In this document: positions 38,524 to 50,862 of the stretch, one piece after another
Layout of the letters: each line of letters begins with the position of its first letter
Position numbering within the stretch: the first letter of the stretch is position 1
From: Tubiluchus corallicola
Lineage: Eukaryota; Animalia; Priapulida
NCBI GenBank assembly: GCA_030141605.1
Contig: JAQGDQ010000576.1
Coordinates: forward strand, 1-64,000
DNA length: 64,000 nucleotides
Direction: 5' to 3'
Translations under genes and position numbers: made by a program
Notes under the pieces: model-generated
What the model was told of the DNA's origin: nothing
The model's database searches: none
What the model saw: only the letters and a program-made list of their open reading frames with translations

Positions 38524-40414
38524 GTTCAGCCGTGTTAAATTGCATCTATTGGGAACAATGTTTTTCTGGCTTGACACAGTAACAGTTTCATAAACTGGTC
38601 GTCTATGCAACTGTTAGCAATGAGTTCAGAACAGCCTTTAAGAAGATTAGCTTGTGCAAAAAACCAACTGTTTGACGGGTAATGTTTGTTTGTTTTTTAT
38701 GGGCCAATGTCGTGCAGTCGAAGTGCAACCACTGATGCAAAAATAATGACATCAAGTATAGTTTTCTTCAGCAACTGCTGTTGGTACATGAAATCTATGT
38801 AACCTACTTATAGGCAAATTGTTATTGCACTGTAACAATAATTGTAAGTGAATAGCATTGCATAATATGTATTGCACCGTTGTCGCAAATGGAAGATTTT
38901 TTTCATTTCTCATTAGCTACTAGTTGTAATAAAAAATTTCAATTGTGGATGTTAAACTGGACACCAAACTCCTTCATATTGCAAAGTCCTCAATTTTACC
39001 AGCTGGTCACAATTTAATGACATGACAATTTGAATACAACAAAAATGCATGTTTCTGTTAACTATAATTCGTTCGTCTTAAAGTTTACCTATTCACTTAT
39101 TCACCTTTATTCGAATCTTTTGTTTAGCAACAAGTCACCTATTCAAGTTTAAATTGTTTGCTTGTTTGCCCAACGTTACTTTATTACTCCAGCCCTATGC
39201 TGTCCCACATTTAACTTAATGACATTGTGTGAAATAAGACTTAACTGCATCTTATAATCACCTTCAAAATATTTGCAAATCAATGCAAGCATGTTCAACT
39301 GCCTGTTGTTTGAAACATAGTATGGCTAGGCATCTTTTATTAGTTTTACTGAGCAAAGATACAGGAAGGAAGATTAATGTATACAATTGCTAATCTAAAA
39401 GCAAGGAAGGTGGAAAAAGTGATGTGCAGTCTATTAATGGCTTTATTGGTGTGACAATAATAAAATTTTCTCCTGACAGTTCACCTTTAAGCTCACTTGA
39501 GATGTTCAAGTAAGTAAGCGAGTAAATAAGTGAGTGAGTGAGTAAGTAAGTGAGTAAGTAAATAATTATGTAAGTAAATAAATAAGTAAGTAAGTAAATA
39601 AGTAAGTAAATAAGTAAGCAAGTAAATAAGTGAGTGAGTGAGTCAGTAAGTAAGTGAGTAAGTAAATAAGCAAGTAAATAAGCGAGTGAGTGAATAAGTG
39701 AATAAGTAAATAAGAAGGTAAGTAAGTAAATAAGTACGTAAGTTATTTTGTTTCAAACACAAGGTTAAGAAAGCATATTTACAGCGAAACACTTAAATTT
39801 ACAGAAATTATAAGATTAATAAAATAAATGTTCACAAGTTAGCATCTTGTACAAAATACAGCAAATCACAAGCTGTAAATTTACCTAATCTGACCTTATG
39901 AACTCACCCATCCTTGGTAACTGGGATAAAAATTTGTACAAGCCTGCTTTTACAAAGGTGTAGAAATATTTATCCATCCTTTTAGTGCAGATAACATTTG
40001 AACAAGTCTGCTTTTGCGAAGGCATAAAAGACAGAAGCATTTTATGCAAAACGGTTCTTTGTATCACTTTATTTATGTAACTTGAAAGGCACTCATATAA
40101 TGGGGGAGTTATGAGAGCAACAGAGTGACAAAAGTTAGATGGTGTTTGACAGAGACATTAACAAAGCAGCAATTACTTCCACACATGTTCCTTTTATTTG
40201 CGCTGTAGACCTGTAATGGGTAAGCAAACATTTTACCTGCACTAGTGAAAGCTGTGCTCATTTATCATTATCAGCAAAAACATTTGACTCGCAGATGAGA
40301 ATGCAATAACTGTGACCTGTGGTGCTAATTATTTTGCTTAAATTTCAAGAAGTATATAAACATAAACACTGTCTATCATAGAAATTTGCAGTTTATAGTA
40401 ATCTGTTCGAGGCG

Positions 40415-41257
40415 ATGACTAATTTGACAGAGAACATCACTTACAGCGGAAAACAAAACAGCAAAATCATTTTAGTGTTGACTCTACATTTAATCTTGTC
40501 CATTCCCATAATTGTTGGTAATCTTCTTGTTCTGATTGCTGTTTGTAAATATGAACAGTTGCAGACAAAAATGAATGCAATGGTCGTGTCACTAGCTGTT
40601 ACGGATTTGTTAATCGGTGTAATCGGTCTTCCAATAAAAACTGTGAACATACTGACAAAAAAGGATAGTCCAGTAATATATCTAGTATTTCTGACTTTAA
40701 CTTATACAAGTATTCTGCACCTGGTTGTCATAGCTGCTGAAAGATACATGGCTGTCTTGCATCCGTACAAGTACAATATATATGTCACGAAGAAAACGAT
40801 AATTTGCACACTTGCGATTACATGGCTGCTTGGGACTATTGCAGCCTGCATTTTCATCTCATTTTCACCGGATAAAAAGGAAATGTTGTCCATTTTCTTC
40901 ATTTTCCAACGCATTTTACTTTTCTACATACCGATGGTTATAACTTCTGTCTTGTATGTGTTAATATGGAGGGCAGCACGGAGGCAAGTATTGAGAATTC
41001 ATCAAGAAAATCCGGAAACCAGTATAAAAGTATCAGAAATGAAAGCAACAAAAATGTTGACCACAGTCACCCTGGCATTCGTGATTTGCTGGGGTCCTAG
41101 ATTCATCGTGCCTGAGGGCATTATGTCCATTGAAATGCAATTGTTCATCTTCTGGTTGGGGCATTGTAACAGTTTCGTAAATCCATTCATCTACGCAGTT
41201 TTGAGCAGCAAATTCAGAGCAGCTTTCAAGAAGATCTGCTTGTGTAAAAATGATTAA
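40415..41257 (+). CDS. intronless class A GPCR, copy 6
   Basis: 280 aa; same motif set; distinct ECL1/TM3 top (KTVNILTKKDSPVIYLVFL). Confidence 0.93.
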   Translation: MTNLTENITYSGKQNSKIILVLTLHLILSIPIIVGNLLVLIAVCKYEQLQTKMNAMVVSLAVTDLLIGVIGLPIKTVNILTKKDSPVIYLVFLTLTYTSILHLVVIAAERYMAVLHPYKYNIYVTKKTIICTLAITWLLGTIAACIFISFSPDKKEMLSIFFIFQRILLFYIPMVITSVLYVLIWRAARRQVLRIHQENPETSIKVSEMKATKMLTTVTLAFVICWGPRFIVPEGIMSIEMQLFIFWLGHCNSFVNPFIYAVLSSKFRAAFKKICLCKND

Positions 41258-43737
41258 GTTCAGCCATGTTAAAGTGCATCTATTGGGAACAATGTTTTTC
41301 AGGCTTGTGCAATGGGAACAGTTTCGTAAACCATTCGTCTATGCAACTGTTAGCAATGAGTTCAGAACAGCCTTTAAGAACATCAGCTTGTGCAAAAAAC
41401 CAACTGTTTGACAGGTAATGTTTGTTTGTTTTTTATAGGCCAATGTCGTGCATTCGAAGTGCAACCACTGATGCAAAAATAATGACGTCAAATATAGTTT
41501 CCTTCAGCAACTGCTGTTAAATGGAAGATTTTTTCATTTTTTAGTAGCTATTAGTATAAAAAATTTCAACTGTGGATGGTAAACTAAACATCAGATCCTT
41601 CATATTGCAATGTATGCAGTTTTTCTGGCCAGGCAAAATTTAATGACATCCCAATTAGAATACATTCGTTCATCTGCAAGTTTACCTATTTGCCTGTTCA
41701 CCTTTATTCTAATCACTTTTTTATTATTAAGCTCACTTGTTCAAGTTTAAATTATTTTGTTATGGGCTTATTGATTTCTCTGTTTTTTCTAAAGTATTTC
41801 CTGTTTCTTGTTTTGTACAAACTTTCGCCACTAGGTCATTGACTTAGTAATTGCTTGTAACAAGCGGAACCTCATGAATGTCATCTAGTTAAAAAAGCTC
41901 CCTGATGCAGCAAAGTATTTTGCTGTTAAAAAAAGGTAATGAAAAAGCTGACAGAGAGGCAGTAACTTTCGGCAGTCACTCTGTAAACACAGTGTCCTTC
42001 ATACATTCTGTCTCTGGTGAAGTAGGCTTTAAACTGCTTCATCAAAGTTTGGCTAATTGGAAAAGGTTATCTTTTATTGTTCATGTCTCTTATCAAAACG
42101 TTATGGTTGGAACGAAGAAAATAGAAAAGCGATTTAACTTAAAATAAACAGACTTGAACTCTAAACCTGCAGTTCAGTGAATTTTTACCAACGCATGTAC
42201 TGTGAAACGATCGTGGAAGAGAACCATTACAAAACGCCACAATAACAGTTTGCTTGTTTGACCAATGTTACTTTACTATTCCAGCCCTATGCCATCCCAC
42301 ATTTAACTCTATAACATTGTGTGAAAAAGGACTTACACTGCATCTGATAATTGCCTTCAAAATCTTTGCAAATCAATGCAAGCATGTTCAACTGCCTGTT
42401 GTTTGAAACATAGTACGGCTAGACATCTTTTTGTTAGTTTTACTGAGTGAAGATACAGGAAGGAAGATTAATGTATAGAACTCGCTAATCTAAAAGCACG
42501 GAAGGTGGAAAAAGTGATGTGCAGTCTATTAATGGCTTTATTTGTGTGACAATAATAAAATTTTCTCCTGACAGTTCACCTTTAAGCTCACTTGAGATGT
42601 TCAAGTAAGCAAGCAAGTAAATAAGTGAGTGAGTGAGTGAGTAAGTAAGTAAATGAGAAAGTAAATAATTAAGTAAGTAAATAAATAAATAAGTAAGTAA
42701 ATAAGTAAGTAAATAAGTAAGCAAGTAAATAAGTGAGTGAGTGAGTGAGTAAGTAAGTAAGTGAGTAAGTAAATAATTAAGTAAGTAAATAAATAAATAA
42801 GTAAGTAAATAAGTAAGGAAGTAAATAAGCAAGTAAATAAGTGAGTGAGTAAGTGAGTAAGTAAATAAGAAGGTAAGTAAGTAAATATGTGAGTAAGTAA
42901 GTAAATAAGTAAGTAAGTAATTAAATAATTAAGTAAGCAAGTAACTAAATAGGTAAGTAAGTTATTTTGTTTCAAACACAAGGTTAAGAAAACATTTTTA
43001 CAGCGAAACATTTAAATTTACAGAAATTATAAGATTAATAAAATAAATGTTCACAAGTTAGCATCTTGTACAAAATACAGCAATGTTACTTTATTATTTG
43101 TTATTATTTATTATTTGTTTGACCAATGTTACTTTACTATTCCAGCCCTATGCCATCCCACATTTAACTCTATAACATTGGGTGAAAAAGGACTTAACTG
43201 CATCTTATAATTGCCTTCAAAATCTTCGCAAATCTACTTTTTTCGAAGTCGTAAAACACACAAATGTTTAAAAAAAAACATGTTTCTATGCCAGAAGCTG
43301 TTAGCTGAAGGATTAGGAAACTTTATTTTCATAAGGTTCAGCTGTATAAGCTGCAACAGAAATTAGCAATTATCTGACAGCAACAGTAACAAAGTAGTCA
43401 TTACCTCCACACATACTGCTGTTATTTGCCCTATAGGCACTTAACCAGTAAGCAAATATTTTATTATAATTGTGAATACGGTGTATGAACTGTATATTAT
43501 TATATGGTATATTGTATATATATTATATTATACATATTACAGATCTATAGATTTATACATTTAAATCTATACGGCTACGCAAATTTTGAACAGAAATTTC
43601 AGTATGATTTGCAAAATGGTTAACATGTAACCTATTTTTACAGCTAGATGGTACCCATTTTACCAACATTCTAACTGTATGATCAGCATTCCTCAAACCA
43701 AACTGGTGCATATGGTTACATTTCCTGTCTTTAAGCA

Positions 43738-44505
43738 TCCTTGAGCATTAGAGGTGCCCGCCTTTGAGCATTAGAGGTGGTCATCTTTGAGCATTAGCAG
43801 TGCCCGTTTTTGAACATTAGAGGTGCCCGTCTTTGAGCATTAGAGGTGCCCGCCATTGAGCATTAGAGGTGTTCATCTTTGAGCATTAGCAGTGCTCGTT
43901 TTCGAACATTAGAGGTGCCCGTTTTGAACATTAGAGGTGCTCGTCTTTGATGATTAGCGGTGCCCATCTTTGAGCATTAGAGGTGCCCATCTTTGAGCAT
44001 TAGAGGTGTTTATCTTTGAGCATTAGAATTGCCTGCCTTTGAGCATTAGAGGTGCCCGCCTTTGAGCATTAGAGGTGCCCGCCTTTGAGCATTAGAGGTG
44101 TTTATCTTTGAGCATTAGAGGTGCCCCTCTTTGCACATTAGAGGTGCCCGTCTTTGAGCATTAGAGGTGTTTATCTTTGAGCATTAGCAGTACCTGTCTT
44201 TGAGCATTAGAGGTGTTTATCTTTGAGCATTAGCAGTGCCTGCCTTTGAGCATTAGAGGTGCCCATCTGTGAGCATTAGAGGTGCCTATTTTTGAGCATT
44301 AGAGGTGCCCGTCTTTGAGCATTAGCAGTGCCCGCCTTTGAGCATTAGAGGTGCCCCTCTTTGCACATTAGAGGTGCCCGTCTTTGAGCATTAGAGATGT
44401 TTATCTTTGAGCATTAGCAGTGCCTGCCTTTGAGCATTAGAGGTGCCCATCCTTGAGCATTAGAGGTGCCTATTTTTGAGCATTAGAGGTGCCTGTCTTT
44501 GAGCC
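43738..44505. repeat. 23-bp minisatellite, ~33 copies
   Basis: Unit TTGAGCATTAGAGGTGCCCGTCT with variants. Confidence 0.95.
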
Positions 44506-45337
44506 CATACACGAGATGCAGGTGACCGAGCAGGACTGAACAAGTCATAAGAAATTATAAGTTAGCTTCTAATTTCAGCAGGAAAATCTGCTCATACTTT
44601 CAAAACTGACTTAGAATGTGAATGTGGAGAAAATATGGCGAACATAATAATATTAGACACCACAAGGTGATCACAGAAACTACAAAAACGCAACAACACC
44701 AACCAACTGCAGTTTTTCTCAGAAATAGTCTCATCCTGGCCAGACTACATTTACTGTCGCAGATGCGAGCATTTAATATTTACAGTTTATTAATAATTTT
44801 GATTTGTAGTTTTAAACTTTTTGTTTTTCACTACCACTAAGTCAGTGCTGACATCTGTTTGTACACTTGGAAGTTTCCAATATATGTATGTACTTGCTAC
44901 TGCTATATGTTTGCATGGAACTGGGTCACTTGGCTTCTCTGTGAATAACTACTACTCTTTACTTGGTAGCAAGATGACAGGACAAGCAATAGGCTTAAAC
45001 AGTGGTTTTGTTATAGTAACGTTTTGACTCAGGTGCCATGATATATTGGCTGATGGATTTACTTTAACTTTTGTTTACTACTGTTGATTACGTTTACCAT
45101 TTTCGTGTATATGTGGATTGACTATGAGACTATGATTTTGAGTAAAATACAGATCGCAAAGTTAAACCATGTTTTCAACCAGTGATTTCATCTGTTTAAC
45201 ACGAACATCGCAACTACAAAAACAGTCTGATAAACCTGCCAATGTCGGTTGTTGGCTCTCCCCCAAAACACCCCAGCGACAACTTTAGCGTCACGACGTC
45301 TACTGCATGACATGGGTAGAAAATTATCTAAACATAC

Positions 45338-45516
45338 CTGTTGAATTTCACGATGAGATGGGATGGGCGTGTCCGTGTAACCCTGCAGCCGAAACCATGA
45401 GCATATTGTCTGTAACGAGCGATAGGCGCAACCCCAACCGCTGTCGTCCATTCGGTCTTGCATGTAGTGGTGATACGCGTAGTGACCGTAAACAAGATAC
45501 GGCTGACCGGGCATGG
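45338..45516 (-). CDS. UFSP2: UFSP2 exon containing the catalytic Cys
   Basis: (A)[59 protein letters not shown]; peptidase C78 [11 protein letters not shown] signature; AG/GT, phase 1-0. Confidence 0.97.
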
Positions 45517-45767
45517 CTGAAAAATACCAAAATAATTTTCGCAGACAAATCAATATTAGGGAGGGCAGTGGTCACAGTGAAAGAGTGACCACTGGGAGGG
45601 CAGTGGTCACAGTGAAAGAGTCACACATCAGTAGCCATACACACATACGTAATACACAACAACAAGCCTTTTCACAGTTCCAACGATTGATGATGACCGC
45701 GAAAAGGTCAAAGGTTAAGTATACCAGACAATGAAAATCTAATTCTCTGATTTAGAAATGTAATTAA

Positions 45768-46426
45768 GCGAAGACAATGTTTAGGTGGTAAACAGAATTC
45801 ATTGACAGTACAACATGCGGCGAAAATATGTTATTATTACCTTTCAAAGAACATGACAAGCGACATTCAAAAATATTGATTACTTTTTAAACACAATTCA
45901 AAAATTGCAGAAATTCGGCATTTTTGAAATGGACAGTTAGCTAAGGCCTGCCGAGAATGCATAATTTTCAAGTCGATTACGAAGGACATTGTTCAATCAT
46001 GACCAGTTTTTAATTAATGACAGGTGAGACCAGGTGGTGACGACATCAGACATGAACATAATTTGCAACAACACAAACATTCCACGGGCGTGTTGCACAT
46101 GTTTGCAAAAACTCAAAACACGACAAATTTAACACTAAAAATTCAAGAACTTGTGCTCTACTTCACAACTGAACGCCTTTGATATGAAAGGCACAGCATC
46201 TGTTGTTTGTGATACGCGTTTTCGAGATGTAGGAGGTAGTGGCCATCTAACTAACAAATGGTAAAATGCACGTAATAGCGAAGAACTAACAGCACGACCA
46301 CAAAATTAACTGACTATGGCAAAATTCTTTCACATAAGTCACTCTTGAAAAAATATCATGTTCCCTTTAATACCTCATAGAGTAGATTGTTTTAAGTTAT
46401 AGTTTGAGATAGGGTTCAGTTTTCCT
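45768..46426. mobile_element. TTAA-flanked MITE family (Kolobok-like), copy 3, more diverged
   Basis: Shares AACATAATTT..CACGxGCGTGTTGCAC..AAATTCTTTCAC..CAGTTTTCCTTTAA with copies 1 and 2. Confidence 0.6.
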
Positions 46427-46888
46427 TTAACAATGAGCTAGGTCCCCGTCCCCTCACAACCATCTATATCGAGTTGAACTTGCAACTGAATGCTAGGTTC
46501 CAACTCGCAATGTACAAATAGAACACGTCAATTTTGTGATTTGAATACTGTTCAATCTCTTACTCATGCGGTGTTAGCATAATCTGAAACTATATATACT
46601 GTCTATGTTCAAGATTGAATTCTTTCAAGACACAACTCACTAAACAATGGAAAAATATTTGTATAAACTTGATAAAATTCCTGGAAATGATGCTTTGTAA
46701 ATATCCACAATTGTAATATCCACAACGCACTAAAATTATATTTCATGTAATGATGCATCTTGCTTGTCACTGGACAAATTGTTTTTTTGATATGTTGCAT
46801 TTTTTGACTTGTCTGTAGAAAATGCTGAATTTGTTAATATATATATATACTTATATTACACGAATATGTGTCAAACGTGGTAAGCAAT

Positions 46889-47180
46889 ATTGTTGGTATC
46901 CTTCTGTCTCGGAAGACAATGGAGTGTGCACCAAGAGAGTCAGTTATTGATCACATTGATGGAGCTGCAGCGTCAACTGTGGCTGAGCAGTACGATCCTT
47001 GAACGTCTCCAGGGCGCACGCCTGGGCAAGGTGTATGGAGATCCTGAGTTGCACAGACAACAGGAACCCCTTCTCTTCCTCCCTGGTGTAGTCCAAAGGA
47101 AAGCAGAGCGATACGTTTGGCACCAGGTTGGCTGCAGGAGCTGCCGGAGTCAGTGAGCATGCTGCACTGGTCCGCCTTCG
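46889..47180 (-). mobile_element. 5S-derived SINE, 5'-truncated copy
   Basis: Reverse complement of the 3' half of the SINE body. Confidence 0.85.
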
Positions 47181-47391
47181 TTGTTAATATGTTCTATGTT
47201 AATTAGGGCCCAGGAGAACAATAAGTGCCCCTCCCAAGAGGCAAGTCGTCATTTTGAGTTATTGACCAATGAAAACATTACAAGAAGTTGAATAAAATGG
47301 TATGGAAAAGATACGATAAAGCTACGGACAAATATATATTTTAACAAATTAAGCATTTTCTACAGATATTATATGTATATATATATAATAC

Positions 47392-47808
47392 AGATGCCCA
47401 CACTGTATATCGACACTAGGCGGAGGAGCTGAACAAAGCAGCCAATGATTAGAGGGTGGAGGAGGTCAAGTGACCCAACGGTCATGTGTAGAGGAGTAAA
47501 CCTTCCAAATCAGGAGTGGAGCCCCGAAGGCGGACCAGTGCAGCATGCTCACTGACTCCGGCAGCTCCTGCAGCCAACCTGGTGCCAAACGTATCTCTCC
47601 TTTGGACTACACCAGGGAGGAAGAGAAGGGGTTCCTGTTGTCTGGGCAACTCAGGATCTCCATACACCTTGCCCAGGCGTGCGCCCTGGAGATGTTCAAG
47701 GATCGGACTGCTCAGCCACAGTCGACGCTGCAGCTCCATCAATGCGATCAATAATTGACTCTCTTGGCGCACACTCCATTGTCTTCCGAGACAGAAGGAT
47801 GTCAACAA
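47392..47808 (+). mobile_element. 5S-derived SINE body, head missing
   Basis: GATGCCCACACTGTAT...GAGACAGAAGGATGTCAAC. Confidence 0.85.
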
Positions 47809-47843
47809 ATAATTATATAATACAGAGCTTGCATTTACGATAC

Positions 47844-47987
47844 CTGGCTTAGATAAGCCTTCATGGGGGTTCAGTAGATAACCTCCCGTGACCGATGTGC
47901 TTTGAAACGAATAAGCATTCTGGCGGCGAAATAACGGCCTGTCTGGAGGTAGTAATAAACGCTGGTGTAACTCTTTCCTATAAGGTT
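47844..47987 (-). CDS. UFSP2: UFSP2 exon
   Basis: (E)PYRKELHQRLLLPPDRPLFRRQNAYSFQSTSVTGGYLLNPHEGLSKP; AG/GT, phase 1-1; conserved RKELH..LPxDRP..N..GY..NPH. Confidence 0.93.
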
Positions 47988-49739
47988 CTGTAAAATAAGT
48001 TAAATTTCAGTTCCATTTCAAATTCAATTCAATTTCAATTTATTTATCTCTCTATAGTGTTACAATAAAACATGATTAATAAAAAAATCTCTAATAAGTT
48101 TTGAAGAATGGTTTAAATGTATAGATAGATCTAGAACTAGAGAAAGGATAGCGAAAAGACTATAAAATCACCTAGTCTGCTATCCTTTACCTAATATAGA
48201 TAAAAAGATTTTTTAGACACTGGTGGGCATTAATGCTATCAGTTTAATTTAGGAAACATTAGTAATTTTTAAAATTACGACATTTGCTATATAATCCAGA
48301 GAAAAGAAAATACATGTAGTTTAATTAGCGGGCAACAAAATAAGGTCAATCTTGATTAAACTAAAAATTGCATTTAGATTTTATTGTAAATTAAAAAAAC
48401 GTCACAGGTCCAAAAATATAAATGCCAAGAGCCAAAAATTTCTCTTGTTCAAATGACCAGGATTTCTGTATTATCCACTTCATTGCCTCTATGACAAGAA
48501 TCTGCCTACATGAACAAGCTATTCTGACTGCTTCTATGAAGAGACTGTACCATTATGCGAAAATGTGAGAATTAACAGCTACGTAAGTCAATGATACCTA
48601 CCAGGGACACTTCATGAATCAGACTACTGAAAATAAACAGTGGTGCTGTCATCTGTTGGCCAATAGGCTAATATATAGGCCACAAAATGATGCCTATAGC
48701 CAAAACGTGGGCAAAATTTGCAGAAAAGATTGCTGTTATTACTGAATGTGTGCTGCAGACGGCTTTGTTGTGACTTTTATTCTCTACCTTATATTTGAAA
48801 GGTGCTTTGAATTATACCACAGAAAAAAAACTAGTTTTGAAATGACTTGATGAAGATGGTGTCGATGAAAATAATGGTACTCGCGATGGTAGAGGTGGAC
48901 AGCAGAGGTGGTTGCAGCAGTGGGGGGGGGGGGGGTCTGGTGTCAACAGCTGTGGTGGTGGCAATGATAGTAAAAGTGATAGTGATGTAGCCAATGTTGC
49001 AGTGACCTGTTTCTTCCTTCATTGTTTAACTTCATTGTTCAAGAGTTTAACTTCATTGTTGCAACATTTTCCTAGAACGATGTGCTGATTTAAACTTGTA
49101 TTGCCCCCTCTTTTCTGTTATAAATTGGTTTCCTTTTAAACAGGTCATGTGACCGGTGTTTTACCTGTACACTTACCTGTAGATTGTAGTCACTCAGACA
49201 TTCACACACACTGCAGTGACAGATTGTTTAGCGTCATTCACTGATTCGTTGTTATAATTTCATAATTACACTTATAGAAGATCACCATGTAAGTTGATTT
49301 ATTAATTTCTTAAATCTTGAACCTTTGTTTATTAAAAAGACTAGAGATTAGATTTTATAATTTGTGTAAAACTGTTAAACTGAATTAGATCAGTTTGGTT
49401 TAGATTTCGATGTAAAATTGAGCAAAATTATATAAAATTATCTGATTTGTTTTCAGATTAAACGATACAAGCTACACAAGTATGTTGTTGGAGATTTTTT
49501 ATAAGAAGGTAGCACAGTTTAATAGTTTAATCTACTCTCACGTTTCCTTCAATGTCAGGTGGCAATTACGGAATGAACTCATGTTATTAAATTTTATTTT
49601 ATTAAACCAAACATGCCAAAAACATACGAAAATGTGGAAAAGTCACGGCACAAGTCGGGTACTCAAATACCCTAATCAGTAGACCACACAGTCCCTTGTG
49701 AACAAAGCAGTCATTGCATTAATCTTAATAGGTTACCGA

Positions 49740-49856
49740 TCATGTAAACGCAATACTAAATTTAAAAAAAGCGGAAGAGTTTTGTCCGCCACTGGGATTC
49801 GAACTCGAGTCCTACTGCTCTTCAGGCAGCTATGCCAACCTTTATACCACAGAGGT
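49740..49856 (-). mobile_element. tRNA(Gly)-like SINE head plus start of body
   Basis: Minus strand GTGGTATAAAGGTTGGCATAGCTGCCTGAAGAGCAGTAGGACTCGAGTTCGAATCCC has A/B boxes and resembles tRNA-Gly(TCC); the downstream ATTTAGTATTGC is shared with the 55670 copy. Confidence 0.65.
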
Positions 49857-50174
49857 ACTCGACTTTTCAGACTCAGACATTCACATGATAACCCGCTAGT
49901 TTATTCATGGTACAGTAATTAACTAACTGATTAGTTTTCAATAATTGGTTATTCATGATAACCCCCTAGTTTATTCATGCTACAGTAATTAACTAACTGA
50001 TTAGTTTTCAATAATTGGTTATCTATCATAGTAATTTCAACGTTATCAACTAACTATGAAAAAAAAACAGGAAAATCAAAACCAAATTTCAGTGGAATCG
50101 GTTTCAAAAAATTTGATAATTGCCCGAATACATCATTAATAATAATATTGCAAATAAGTTTATAAATACATTAC

Positions 50175-50277
50175 CTAGTGAAGTATCGTCTAAGGCATCA
50201 GGGTATATAACCGTTACGAAGTGTGGTAACGAATAAGGCTTGAAATGAATCGGCCGTAACAAAGACGTCTGAATATT
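50175..50277 (-). CDS. UFSP2: UFSP2 exon
   Basis: NIQTSLLRPIHFKPYSLPHFVTVIYPDALDDTSL(E); AG/GT, phase 0-1; PxHF..VTxxYP motif. Confidence 0.88.
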
Positions 50278-50862
50278 CTGAAACAGCGAAATTGAAGTAG
50301 TGTATTCTCAGTTTGGCTGCTAAATTTCACTTTAGGAATGTGTAGTTACTACTACAATAAGAAAAAATAGATACAAAGTAAACAAAACTTTATTACTTCT
50401 GTAAACTCATTAATCCCTTCTTTAGACATGTTTTTTTATAAGCGGGCACTACCAAAACTATTTCCGAGTTTCTACGGTCTTACTACGGTGCATCAATATT
50501 TGATATGTGTGATTTTAACATAAATCTGTTATGTGTTGAATTCAGAAAAAAACATTACGATGAACATTGCCAAGAAGTGCACATCACAGCATGACGATAA
50601 GTATTGTCAATATGAAGCCACTGATGAACTTCTTTGTTAAACGAACGCTAAAGTTAATAAAATGCCTTGATATGTCTGATAATTCTATTTTAAACACACT
50701 GTCAATTTTAAACAATCACACTAGTATAGATTTTACATGTTAACTCAAATGTAGATTTGGGTAATTCAAATGTGTCTTGGTAACTCAAATGTAGCACTGT
50801 ATTGTATTATCAATGGTAATATTATTGCATTATTTATATTTATTTGTGACTGCATATATGTG

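Noticed and set aside
26732-41190. Recurrent minus-strand ORFs overlapping the GPCRs
   Set aside because: Antisense shadows of the duplicated receptor ORFs, with no independent coding signal.
49787-49856. Genuine tRNA gene with a GAA anticodon
   Set aside because: Acceptor and T stems are mismatched, the body is Gly-like with a discordant anticodon, and the downstream sequence is shared with another copy. A SINE head fits better.
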